64,000 nucleotides of DNA from an uncultured Dehalococcoidaceae bacterium. Its GTDB lineage: Bacteria; Chloroflexota; Dehalococcoidia; Dehalococcoidales; RBG-16-60-22. Numbering within the stretch: the first letter of the stretch is position 1; every line of letters begins with the position of its first letter. Positions 35,191 to 44,579 of the stretch are shown here, piece after piece. The stretch is taken from assembly GCA_964588605.1 (NCBI GenBank), contig CAZPQB010000004.1:1341-65340 (forward strand). The letters run 5' to 3'. The position numbers and the translations under genes are program-made. The notes below the pieces were generated by a model. The model did not search any database, had not been told where the DNA came from, and saw nothing but the letters and a program-made list of their open reading frames with translations.

Positions 35191-37149
35191 GTGAAGAGTA
35201 TATACAGGGTTCCGCATTTCTGGATTATCCTGGCTATTATGGTCTTCGGGGCCCTTACCTACTATGCTGACCGGATACCCCTACTCCAGACAATAGTACC
35301 TCAGGTACATATTCAATTCGCCCGCTATTCAACATTCCGTATTCTCTCCATCATCCCGGTGGCTTATGCTGCCTTTGTCTTCAGACTGACGGGCGGGGTG
35401 ATCACAGCCATTTTCATCAGTCTGGCACTCCTACCTCGGGCCGTTCTCTTCTCTGACCAGGTGTCAGAGTCAGTAACCGAGACGATAGCATTCTTTTTCA
35501 TCGGACTGCTCGTAAGCTGGCTTATTCATCGGCAACAACAAGCGGTTCATCAACTGGAGAATGCCCAGCAGAAGCTTCAGGCAGATGTTCAGATTATTAA
35601 AAATGATGAGAAGCGTCTTGCCGCTCTTAACCAGATAGCAAGCACCGTCTCTGAATCGCTTGAGCTGAGCTATGTCCTGAGCAACGCTATCGACAATGTC
35701 GTTGATGTCATGCAGGTTGATGTCGCCTGGATATTTCTGCTCGATGAAGAAACCAGTGAGCTTTCCCTGGCAGCTCACCGTGGCTCATCCGAAGAGCTTG
35801 CCCGGGGAGTGGACAGGCTTAAGCTGGGAGAAGGTTTCAACGGCAGTGTCGCCCAGTCCGGGCAACCCCTTTTTGTGGAGGATGCTTCCCAGGACCCCAG
35901 ACTCACAAGGGAGGTCGTCAGTAAGTTTAAACTGCACTCCACGCTGATTGTTCCTCTCAGTTCTAAAAGAAAGGTTAATGGCACCATCTGTATATCAATG
36001 TACAGCTACCGCCAGTTTCAGCCGGAGGAGGTGGAACTGCTTATCGCCATCGGTAATCAGATTGGCGTTGCCGTTGAAAACGCGCACCTTTATCAGCAGC
36101 AGCAGGTTACCGCTCAGCAACTGCGGATATCGGAGGAACGCTACCGAGGCCTGTTTGAAAATTCCAGTGATGCCATTTTCATCTGCTCCACAGCCGCCAG
36201 GATTATCTCGGTTAACAGGGCCTGTGAGGAGCTTACCGGCTTTACACAGAAAGAACTGACATCCACGTCCATCTATGAACTCTTTTCCGGCGTGAGCCAG
36301 GAGAAGGTCAAACACCTTTTTTCGGAAAAAATGGAGCAGGTAACGGTCGGCGGGGTTGTGGAGGTCGGTCTGACCAGAAAGGATGGAACAGAGGCATTTA
36401 TTGAGCTCAGGATTGGCCCTCTACTGAGAAGGAACGAAGTAATCGGTCTGCAGGTTATTGCCCAGGACGTAACCGAGGAAAAACAACTGCGGCAGAATAT
36501 GGAGTATTACATCAAACAGGTGACAAGAGCCCAGGAGGACGAACGATTACGCATCTCTCGTGAACTCCATGACGACACCGCTCAAATTCTGGCTACTCTT
36601 TCGCGCGGCCTGGACTCGCTTGTCGCGGAAGAGAAGGAACTGGCCAAGCCGATAATAGAACGGCTGGAGAAACTGCATGAGATGTCTGACTCGGCTCTCG
36701 AAGGCGTACGCCGCTTCAGCCAGGACTTGAGACCATCAATACTGGACGACCTTGGTTTGATACCCGCGCTCGAGTGGCTCATTACCGACCTTGAGAAGAG
36801 CTACCAGATTACCACGAAGGTCAATATAACCGGTAAAAAACGGCGGCTTGCGCCGGAAGGAGAATTGACCGTCTTTCGCATCGCCCAGGAAGTATTAAGT
36901 AATATCAGGCGACATTCACAGGCTTCAGCGGTTGAGATGAATCTGGATTATGGAGTTGACGCTTTGACTTTAATCATTAACGACAACGGTATAGGGTTTA
37001 AAATGCCCGAAAGGACAAGCGATCTAGCCCTGTCCGGGAAGATAGGCATCATCGGGATGCGCGAAAGAGCACGCCTTATTGGAGGGACCTTGATTGTACA
37101 ATCAGAACCGGGCATGGGCACCACGGTAACTCTGAGGATTCCCAGTTAA
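35191..37149 (+). CDS. Sensor histidine kinase (4-TM module, GAF, PAS, HisKA_3, HATPase_c)
   Basis: 652 aa, GTG start. A GAF-like region spans ~150-300 and a PAS domain ~310-430. H-box ISRELHDDTAQIL, N-box EVLSNIRRH, G-boxes DNGIGF and GIIGMRERA. Confidence 0.88.
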   Translation: MKSIYRVPHFWIILAIMVFGALTYYADRIPLLQTIVPQVHIQFARYSTFRILSIIPVAYAAFVFRLTGGVITAIFISLALLPRAVLFSDQVSESVTETIAFFFIGLLVSWLIHRQQQAVHQLENAQQKLQADVQIIKNDEKRLAALNQIASTVSESLELSYVLSNAIDNVVDVMQVDVAWIFLLDEETSELSLAAHRGSSEELARGVDRLKLGEGFNGSVAQSGQPLFVEDASQDPRLTREVVSKFKLHSTLIVPLSSKRKVNGTICISMYSYRQFQPEEVELLIAIGNQIGVAVENAHLYQQQQVTAQQLRISEERYRGLFENSSDAIFICSTAARIISVNRACEELTGFTQKELTSTSIYELFSGVSQEKVKHLFSEKMEQVTVGGVVEVGLTRKDGTEAFIELRIGPLLRRNEVIGLQVIAQDVTEEKQLRQNMEYYIKQVTRAQEDERLRISRELHDDTAQILATLSRGLDSLVAEEKELAKPIIERLEKLHEMSDSALEGVRRFSQDLRPSILDDLGLIPALEWLITDLEKSYQITTKVNITGKKRRLAPEGELTVFRIAQEVLSNIRRHSQASAVEMNLDYGVDALTLIINDNGIGFKMPERTSDLALSGKIGIIGMRERARLIGGTLIVQSEPGMGTTVTLRIPS

Positions 37150-37258
37150 TGCGAGGAGCATGGTCTTTATTCACTGTCCAGTTACTTAACAATCATCGAT
37201 TCATTATAGCAGACCATGCCGTATAAGTGGAGATTTTAAGAATTCCAATATATGGCCA

Positions 37259-40200
37259 TTATTTACGGTTACTTTTAAAAGCCTTCATAGCAGATACAAA
37301 CGCGATACCGCCAAATATCAATCCAACTAATACGAATAGCCACCAGAGTTCTCCGACAAAACTCACTTCCCGCTTAATAGTACCTATTGACTTTCCAGTT
37401 ACGCCAGCCGTCCCCCCTGCCCCTTGCAGAGACACTTCTTGATATACCATATTATTGTCCTCATTACTCTCTACAACTGCCTCTCCAGGGTCAAGAACCG
37501 CTCGTAGTTCAAAGGAACCTACTTCAGCAATCCAATCGAATGCTTTAGTTACTATACCACCCGTATTTATTTCCTCCAGATCAGCGCTGCCCACCAGTGA
37601 ATCGTTAATATATAAAGCCACACTGCTATTTCTGGCTTCTCCTTTACCCTTATTTCTTATGTTAATAGTAAAGGTCACCGTTTCCCCAACCGCTGCCTTG
37701 GTTGGCGTCCATGTAATATCCCTGATAACGAGGTCAGGATAAAGAGTTGAAAAGTCCAGCGTCTTCTCATTATTAGCCTCGTTGATTTCTGCAACCTGGC
37801 CATCAGAGTCAGCTACTATTCTGGCAGCGTGTGCTCCCGTCCTAACATTGAGCGTGAAGGTCCTGGTGACGGTATTGCCCGCAGGTATCTGCGGTAACTC
37901 ACAGTTACCTGCGGAAGAGTCGTCAATATATAAAGTCAGCACGGAGATACCGGCTGTATTACTGCCCTGGTTCTCTATGGTAATTACAAAGTCTACGTCG
38001 TTACTCATCAACGGATTTTCCATTGACCATACGGCATCTTTAACTACCAAGTCAGAAGTAAGAGTTGAGAACTCTGTCAGCTTTTCATTGTTAGTCTCAT
38101 CAACCTCGGTAACCTGGTTATCAGGGTCAACAAACAGTTCGATAATGTTTGCACCTGCCTCAGCGACCCATTTAAAAGTTGTGGTGGCTCCAATACCCGC
38201 CTCTATAGCCGGCGCTTTATCGCTACCTATAATAGAACCATCGACAGAACAAGTAACCTGTGAACTGTCAGCTTTACCGCTACCCTGGTTCCTGATTATG
38301 ACAGTAAAGGTCACGGTATCTCCAACGGCAGCGTCCGCTGGCGACCAGGTAATGTCCTGTACGATAAGGTCAGGAGCAGGTATATTTAACGTTCTTATGT
38401 TATTATTTTCGTCAATTTCGTCAATCTGATTGTTGGCATCAGCCGTTATCCTGATGCAATGATTACCATCCAGAGCTGTCCAGGGGAATTTATACGTCAC
38501 CGTTGCACCGGCATCAATGGACGCAACATCCTGGTAACCGGCGACTGAATCATCAATATAGCAAGTTACCCGGAAGGTGTGAGCCTTTTGACTGCCTTGA
38601 TTCTTTATGATGATATTAAAATCCACTTTATCCCCGGCTGGAAAATCCGCCGGAGACCACGTAATGGTCTCAATAATCAGGTCGGGCATTGCCGGGACCA
38701 TGGTTACTGTACTCTCATTGTTTTCCTCATCGCTCTCAATAACCTTTCGATTATAGTCAGCAACCGCTCTGACAACATGTGTGCTGCCCTGGACTACCCA
38801 TGTAAAGGTGGCATTAGCTGTAGCATCAGGTTCTATTTGGTTGATAAAAGCGTAAGTCATTAAGTCATCATCAATGTAGCAGGCCACGTAGAAGTCCTGG
38901 GCTTCTCCGCTGCCCTGATTCCTGATAATGGCTGTAAAGGTCGCCATATCCCCGATAATTGCATCCGTCGGCGACCATGTAATTTCCTGCACGACAAGGT
39001 CAGGAGGAGCGATAGAAATGTCCCTGGTAAATGTATTATTATTTTCATTGCTCTCAGCTAATTTAGAATCGTAATCAGCCACCACTCTGACCTCATGTGG
39101 GTTTGACTGGGCAGCCCAAACAAAGCTTGCTGTTTCCTGACTGCCGGCAGCTATCTCCTGCACATCAAGATATTCCACGTGAGAAATACCGATATGGCAC
39201 TCGATACGAGACTCCCCGGCTTTGCCACTGCCCTGGTTCTTGACAGTTATGGTAAAGGTTACGTTATCGCCAACAGCTACATCCGTCGGCGACCAGGTAA
39301 CATCCTTAATAATGAGGTCAGGAAGAGCTGCTGAGAATATGACTGTCTTCTCGTTATTGGTTTCATCACTCTCGGTTACATGTTTATAAACGTCAACAAC
39401 TGCTTTAATGCTGCTGGGATTTGCCACAGCCGCCCGGCTGAAGGTCATATTAACCGAGTCACCGGCCTCCATTGAGCTGAGTGAGTCTGAAGCTATTAGA
39501 TATTCATTAATATAGAAGGCAACGGTGCAGGGATCGGCCCGGCCACTGCCCTGATTATTGATAGTAACGTTAAAGGACACGGTATCCTGCATGGATGGGC
39601 TTTCAGGAGACCAGACAATATCCTCAACAATCAGGTCGGGAGCAAGGGTTGAGAATGTTACAGTCCGCTCGTTATTAGATTCGTTACTTTCCGTCACGCT
39701 ACCATCCACGTCAGCAATGGCCGTAATATCATGCTGGCCTACCGCAGCGGCCCATGAATAGGTCCTGGTTATGGTAGCACCTACTTCAATAATCGGAATA
39801 TCCTGGTAACCTCTGGAATTTCCATCAATAAAGAAATTAATGCGGGAAAAACCAGCTTTACTGCTGCCCTGGTTCTTTATCACAACGCTGAAGGTTACAC
39901 TATCGCCTCTTGACGGAGTCTCCGGTGACCATGATATCGACTGGATGACCAAATCAGGCGCCAGGGGGGACAAGGTAAAAGTCTTCGTATTATTAGTCTC
40001 GTCTGACTCGGCAACCTGTTCATTAGAATCAGCTATTGCTTTGATGACATGCGAGCCCCCCTGCGCCTCCCAAGTTAAAGTTTTTGTTACGGAGACACCT
40101 GCATTTAAAGAGCTAATAGAATCTGATTGAATGTAGTTATCGTCGATATAATAAGCTACACGTGAGGCACCAGCCTCTTCAGTCCCCTGGTTTTTTATCG

Positions 40201-40408
40201 TAAAAGTAAATTTTACTGAATCCCCTATAGCGGGATTTTCCGGTGACAAAGTAATGTCCTTGATAATCAGGTCAGGCCCCGGGCCTGACGCTTTTATGAC
40301 GTAGTGCGGGCCCGTAGTGGCAGTCCCGATGATAAATGCCAGCGATAATGCTGTGGCTATGATAAAAATCCTTTTAATAATTCCCAAAGTGGTAAAATGA
40401 CCCTTCAT
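37259..40408 (-). CDS. Large cell-surface protein: signal peptide, nine tandem CARDB-like domains, C-terminal TM anchor
   Basis: 1049 aa. Nine ~107-aa repeats each begin (P/S)DL(I/V)(I/V).(D/E/S)(I/V).W(S/T)P...GD.V.F...I.NQGS..A and end ESDE.NN. The C-terminus is LWWLFVLVGLIFGGIAFVSAMKAFKSNRK. Confidence 0.85.
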   Translation of the reverse strand: MKGHFTTLGIIKRIFIIATALSLAFIIGTATTGPHYVIKASGPGPDLIIKDITLSPENPAIGDSVKFTFTIKNQGTEEAGASRVAYYIDDNYIQSDSISSLNAGVSVTKTLTWEAQGGSHVIKAIADSNEQVAESDETNNTKTFTLSPLAPDLVIQSISWSPETPSRGDSVTFSVVIKNQGSSKAGFSRINFFIDGNSRGYQDIPIIEVGATITRTYSWAAAVGQHDITAIADVDGSVTESNESNNERTVTFSTLAPDLIVEDIVWSPESPSMQDTVSFNVTINNQGSGRADPCTVAFYINEYLIASDSLSSMEAGDSVNMTFSRAAVANPSSIKAVVDVYKHVTESDETNNEKTVIFSAALPDLIIKDVTWSPTDVAVGDNVTFTITVKNQGSGKAGESRIECHIGISHVEYLDVQEIAAGSQETASFVWAAQSNPHEVRVVADYDSKLAESNENNNTFTRDISIAPPDLVVQEITWSPTDAIIGDMATFTAIIRNQGSGEAQDFYVACYIDDDLMTYAFINQIEPDATANATFTWVVQGSTHVVRAVADYNRKVIESDEENNESTVTMVPAMPDLIIETITWSPADFPAGDKVDFNIIIKNQGSQKAHTFRVTCYIDDSVAGYQDVASIDAGATVTYKFPWTALDGNHCIRITADANNQIDEIDENNNIRTLNIPAPDLIVQDITWSPADAAVGDTVTFTVIIRNQGSGKADSSQVTCSVDGSIIGSDKAPAIEAGIGATTTFKWVAEAGANIIELFVDPDNQVTEVDETNNEKLTEFSTLTSDLVVKDAVWSMENPLMSNDVDFVITIENQGSNTAGISVLTLYIDDSSAGNCELPQIPAGNTVTRTFTLNVRTGAHAARIVADSDGQVAEINEANNEKTLDFSTLYPDLVIRDITWTPTKAAVGETVTFTINIRNKGKGEARNSSVALYINDSLVGSADLEEINTGGIVTKAFDWIAEVGSFELRAVLDPGEAVVESNEDNNMVYQEVSLQGAGGTAGVTGKSIGTIKREVSFVGELWWLFVLVGLIFGGIAFVSAMKAFKSNRK
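37430..40282 (-). repeat. Nine tandem ~321-nt coding repeats (CARDB-like domains)
   Basis: Periodic PDL(I/V)(I/V)..I.WSP starts in the translated product. The repeats are diverged at the nucleotide level, and the boundaries are approximate. Confidence 0.75.
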
Positions 40409-40750
40409 ATCAGTATGTACATAGACACTTTGGCAACAGTGAATCTATAAATTCGTCTATCCACCGTTTCCACGTCTATGCCCTACCGGCCCGGATTACC
40501 CGGGGTCCTGGTATTATCCTCCCAAATATATAAAAATACCTCTGTCCTGCCTAGATGGCAGTATAGATATAGGTTCCACCGCTTCTTAAGATAATACTAC
40601 TTATATAAATTTTAACCGCACATAGAGATGTAACCAATAGTCAATTAGTAAGCAACTAACGGATGAATTAGTACTACATTCAGGTAAATAATCGTACTCT
40701 ATACTACACGGATAAGCGAATTATTAACATGGGTGCTAACCCCCAAATAA

Positions 40751-40772
40751 AACTAGGGTTATCTCCCTAGTT
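40751..40772. terminator. Perfect 8-bp inverted repeat flanked by T-runs on both strands (bidirectional terminator-like hairpin) in the CARDB/HTH intergenic region
   Basis: AACTAGGG (40751-40758), 6-nt loop, CCCTAGTT (40765-40772). Followed by GTTTTAT on the plus strand and TTTTATTT on the minus strand. Confidence 0.4.
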
Positions 40773-40878
40773 GTTTTATCGCGAAACCCTTAACATCTTA
40801 AACGAATTGAAACTATGTTACGTTATATCAAGATGTAGCAAATTATGTTGCGCTGTTAGCCTTTGAGGGGGTATTACC

Positions 40879-41094
40879 ATGCCAGTGACAATTAACGATA
40901 AAACCTATTACAGGACCTCGGAGGTATGCCGGATGGCGCGTATTAGCCGGAGCACTTTGCTACGCTGGTTAAAGGAGGATTACCTGGATATACAGAATTT
41001 CCGTGATAGAAGGAGCTGGCGACTTTTTACAGAAGATGATGTAAATACGTTAATCTCAGAAGTCAACCGAATTTTCAAAGGTCAAAATAAATAA
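40879..41094 (+). CDS. Small MerR/excisionase-type HTH DNA-binding protein
   Basis: 71 aa. YYRTSEVCRMARISRSTLLRWLKEDYL....R...W.LFTEDDV matches the HTH_17/excisionase-family pattern. GAGGGGG RBS. Confidence 0.7.
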   Translation: MPVTINDKTYYRTSEVCRMARISRSTLLRWLKEDYLDIQNFRDRRSWRLFTEDDVNTLISEVNRIFKGQNK

Positions 41095-41136
41095 TGAGAT
41101 TAATAACTATAAAATATTTTATTGAGAGTGTGCCCT

Positions 41137-42636
41137 ATGACGACAAGTTTCGCAAATGGGGAAAAAAGCAACAAAGACAACAATAAAAACGATATGACAG
41201 CTCCGGTGCAGTCTGAATCTCAACGGGAAACCTACGAATGCGACCCGCTCCCAACTGATGCACAAACATCGCTCCTTGCAGCCCAGGAAAACGCCATATC
41301 CGCCAAAGAGGCCGCCATGGAGGCAATCAATCGGGTCTATAAAGAAAGCGAAACATCGGCTCAGACACTGGCTAAAGCTATTAATGAGGCCATGCAGTAT
41401 ACCGTAAGGGAAAGAGAGGAATCCCATGATACATGCAGTGTGGAACCCTCTGTAGAAGATAATAAGGATAACCCGGAGCTTGGTACACTAAAAGACCAAA
41501 CCAAACCAGGACTGATTCATAAATTTATTAGTAGCGGACATCATTCTCTAAATAACTTATTCAGCAATAAAGCAATGGACCTTGATTCGGGGAAAAAGGA
41601 AGAATCCCGCCATCCAGTTGAGGAGCCGAGTGGCCTGCTCCGCCAACTAATAGAGAATCTAACTGAGGGAAAGGCCCAGAGTAAAAGTGGAGAAACGATA
41701 GAAGAAGCCAATACCTCCAGAATAGAGACACAAAAAGCATTTGATGAAGCTCAGATAATTAGAAAGGCTGCTGAGGAAGCTATTAGCCTAGCTCGCGAGG
41801 AGACAATTAAGGCAAAAGAAGAAGCTGAAATGGCTAGAAGAACAGTTGAGATAGCCGTTAGCAAAGCCAAGCAGGAAGCCATAAGCAAAGTGGCGGACGA
41901 TATTATTAAAGCCAAGGAAGAGGTACGGGCGGCAAAAGAGGCTGCTAATATTGCCATCCGACAGGCCAGAGATGATTCTAACAGGAGTAAAGAAGAAGTT
42001 GAGGCCGCTAACAATCATACTCAGGTAGCTATTACTTTAGCCCAGGAAAAGGTAAAGGCAGCCGCAGAAGAAATAGAGTCAATAAAACGGCAATCGCAGC
42101 TTGCTGCCAGGCAGGCTCAGGATGAGGTCTTAAGGCTAAGAGACGAGATTGAAACTATTAAAAAGACGGCGAATGAAGCTATCACCAGAGCCGATGAAGA
42201 AAGCAGACAGGCGAAAGAGGAAGCCGAAGCCAGCATGTTAAGGGCAAACGAGGCTATGGCACTAGCCCAGCAGCATATTATCAGTATGACTAAAGCCGAA
42301 ATCGCCAGGACAAGACAGGAAATTGAGGCGGCCAGTAAAAATCCCGGCGGGGTATTTAACAGGATACCAGGAGCAGTGACAGAAGGCGACAACCATCCGG
42401 TAAAATCGGATAACGTAGCTCTAGGCCATGTTGCTGCCGTATTATACGAGATGCGCGCCCCGTTGCACTCCATATGCGGCTTCGCCAGATTAATGCTTGA
42501 AGGTGACATATCAGATAATACGACCATGAAGGAATTCCTCTCTATCATATTCCAGCAGAGTGAAAGCCTTTGCCGCCAACTGGATGACCTATCCGGTATA
42601 TTAAATCATATTACGCCCCGTTTTACGCAAATATAA
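41137..42636 (+). CDS. Long coiled-coil protein ending in a HisKA/DHp-like domain that lacks the phosphoacceptor His and has no ATPase domain
   Basis: About 499 aa from ATG 41137 (the ORF track begins at TTG 41122). The central ~250 aa are A/E/K-rich heptad repeats (AKEEAE...). The C-terminus AAVLYEMRAPLHSICGFARLMLEG matches the H-box consensus s-H-E-l-R-t-P-L, but Tyr (TAC 42445-42447) replaces His. Confidence 0.7.
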   Translation: MTTSFANGEKSNKDNNKNDMTAPVQSESQRETYECDPLPTDAQTSLLAAQENAISAKEAAMEAINRVYKESETSAQTLAKAINEAMQYTVREREESHDTCSVEPSVEDNKDNPELGTLKDQTKPGLIHKFISSGHHSLNNLFSNKAMDLDSGKKEESRHPVEEPSGLLRQLIENLTEGKAQSKSGETIEEANTSRIETQKAFDEAQIIRKAAEEAISLAREETIKAKEEAEMARRTVEIAVSKAKQEAISKVADDIIKAKEEVRAAKEAANIAIRQARDDSNRSKEEVEAANNHTQVAITLAQEKVKAAAEEIESIKRQSQLAARQAQDEVLRLRDEIETIKKTANEAITRADEESRQAKEEAEASMLRANEAMALAQQHIISMTKAEIARTRQEIEAASKNPGGVFNRIPGAVTEGDNHPVKSDNVALGHVAAVLYEMRAPLHSICGFARLMLEGDISDNTTMKEFLSIIFQQSESLCRQLDDLSGILNHITPRFTQI

Positions 42637-43063
42637 AACCAGTCCCGTTATGTTATCCGATCATTAAAACCAACCACGACGTAGCGGGAAAGACCTATCA
42701 AAGGGAAGTCAAGCAGCTCCAATAGCTACACCACATTACCTGGATAAGAGTGCTTTGCCAAGCCATATGTTCTTTTATGTTCATCATTCGCTTCATCTGG
42801 CTATACCCGTAACATTTCTATGATATTGTTTAGAAATTTCCACTATATGGTATTGCAATCTACGCAACATTGTGCTAAATTAACCAATAAATAAGTGCTT
42901 GAATGTCTAAGCTAAAGTGGCTATTGCCGCGATACTTTGTTTGGACGCTGATTAAATCAGAACTGAAATGAGAGGTTCAGTAGCACAGGAGAGAGGGGGT
43001 GATACATGAGATAGCATGTCCATATCATTTAATTGCTCCGAAATCTCACGAAGGAGGATTCAT

Positions 43064-44401
43064 TTGAAAAAGACACTATTAGCACTATTGATCGGCATTT
43101 GCCTGATTTCAATATTAGTCGCTCCATTGCTGATGGGGGCCTGCGGAGAGGAAAAACCGTCACCATCACCAACACCATCACCATCACCAACACCGAAACC
43201 ATCACCAACACCACCAGCTAAGGATAGCATCGTTATTGGCGCTGCCAGGCCTCTCTCCGGCGCCAACGCTCCCATCGGCAACGCAGCATTAGGGCCACTC
43301 ATGCAGTTATGGCAGCAGAAGGTCAATGCCGAGGGCGGTATCTATGTGGAGGAGTACGGCAAGAAATTACCCATAGAGTACATTATTTATGATGATGCCA
43401 CTGACGTGGGCACCATGGTAAGGCTGACAGAAAAGTTGATACTGGAGGATAAGGTTGACATCCTGTTCTCCGCCTGCGGCACGTCTTTCATTTCCGCCCA
43501 GGCCCCTATCGCCAATAAATACGGAATGGTACTACTCACCGCCGAGGGCGGCGCTACCATCATGAGGGACGCTCTTTACGGTCTACCCTACGTTTTTGTC
43601 TCCCTATCTTTTTCCGACTGGTACGAGCTGCCGGTTTTCGCTGAAATGTGCGCTGCCAAGGGCGCCAAGACAGCGTATGTAATCAGCATTGCCGACCTCC
43701 ATGGCGTGGAGTATAGCGGCGTGGCGGCTATTGAATTCCCTAAGGTTGGAATTGATATAATCGCCAGCAAATCCGTTCCCATAACCTATACGGATTTCTC
43801 GCTACTGGTTAAGGAAGCCAAGGCGGCTAACCCCGATGTCTTTTGCATCTTTGCTTATCCCCCTATAAGCATACCAGCTACCGCCGAGGCTATGGCAATT
43901 GGCTTTAATCCCCCAGCCATGATAGTCGGCCCCGGAGGTAATTTCGGCTATTACAGCTTATCGTTCGGCGGTGATCCAGCGGTGGTAGAAGGGATATCCT
44001 GTTTCGCCGTTGCCAACCCCAAAACTTCTCCCGAACATGCAAGACATTTTAGTGAGCTGGAGGCTCTCGTCGGCTTTGCGAACCTGGATTTCTGGGGAAC
44101 CCCGCTCTACGAACCTGGTATATGTGACGTCTGGCAGCAGGCCATTGAGGCGACCGGAACCCTTGACCAGGACGTAATAAGGGATTACATAGCCACGCAC
44201 CACTTCCAGACCCCTCTTATTGACGATCTCTACTACGAGATGTTCGGTGATGGCGGCGGGCTTATGGCCAAGGAATGCCATGCCGGTGAAATCGGTCAGT
44301 GGCAGAATGGTATGGTAGAAATCGTGGGTGGCGGCGACTGGCCTGCCACGGTGATTACTTCAGACTTCATGTATCCCAAGCCACCGTGGCCAGCACCATA
44401 G
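43064..44401 (+). CDS. ABC transporter substrate-binding lipoprotein (LivJ/Peripla_BP_6-like) with a Pro/Ser/Thr linker
   Basis: AGGAGG RBS 6 nt before TTG 43064 (the ORF track begins at 43016). Lipobox LLMGAC, then the linker PSPSPTPSPSPTPKPSPTPP, then a type-I periplasmic binding fold (IVIGAARPLSG...). Confidence 0.85.
   Translation: MKKTLLALLIGICLISILVAPLLMGACGEEKPSPSPTPSPSPTPKPSPTPPAKDSIVIGAARPLSGANAPIGNAALGPLMQLWQQKVNAEGGIYVEEYGKKLPIEYIIYDDATDVGTMVRLTEKLILEDKVDILFSACGTSFISAQAPIANKYGMVLLTAEGGATIMRDALYGLPYVFVSLSFSDWYELPVFAEMCAAKGAKTAYVISIADLHGVEYSGVAAIEFPKVGIDIIASKSVPITYTDFSLLVKEAKAANPDVFCIFAYPPISIPATAEAMAIGFNPPAMIVGPGGNFGYYSLSFGGDPAVVEGISCFAVANPKTSPEHARHFSELEALVGFANLDFWGTPLYEPGICDVWQQAIEATGTLDQDVIRDYIATHHFQTPLIDDLYYEMFGDGGGLMAKECHAGEIGQWQNGMVEIVGGGDWPATVITSDFMYPKPPWPAP
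43157..43210 (+). repeat. Three imperfect 18-nt tandem repeats encoding (PSPSPT)(PSPSPT)(PKPSPT)
   Basis: ccgtcaccatcaccaaca / ccatcaccatcaccaaca / ccgaaaccatcaccaaca at 43157-43174, 43175-43192 and 43193-43210. Confidence 0.8.
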
Positions 44402-44579
44402 GAAAATAGTAAACATATAATTGTAGAAAGAATATTACCATATCCAATAAAACACTGTGCAGGCTGTCTAGAGGGTGGATAAAAACACCTGTTAGAGGCA
44501 CCTTGGTTTACGAGCGGACTCATTCTGCTCCTCATAGGCAGCCTGCAATTTTGATTGCTAAAGCTAGAAGTATCGCATT

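Noticed and set aside
37430-40282. Regular ~321-nt periodicity as a CRISPR array or satellite repeat
   Set aside because: The periodicity lies entirely inside one long ORF and corresponds to protein-domain (CARDB-like) repeats. There are no short identical direct repeats with unique spacers. No CRISPR array was seen anywhere in the window.
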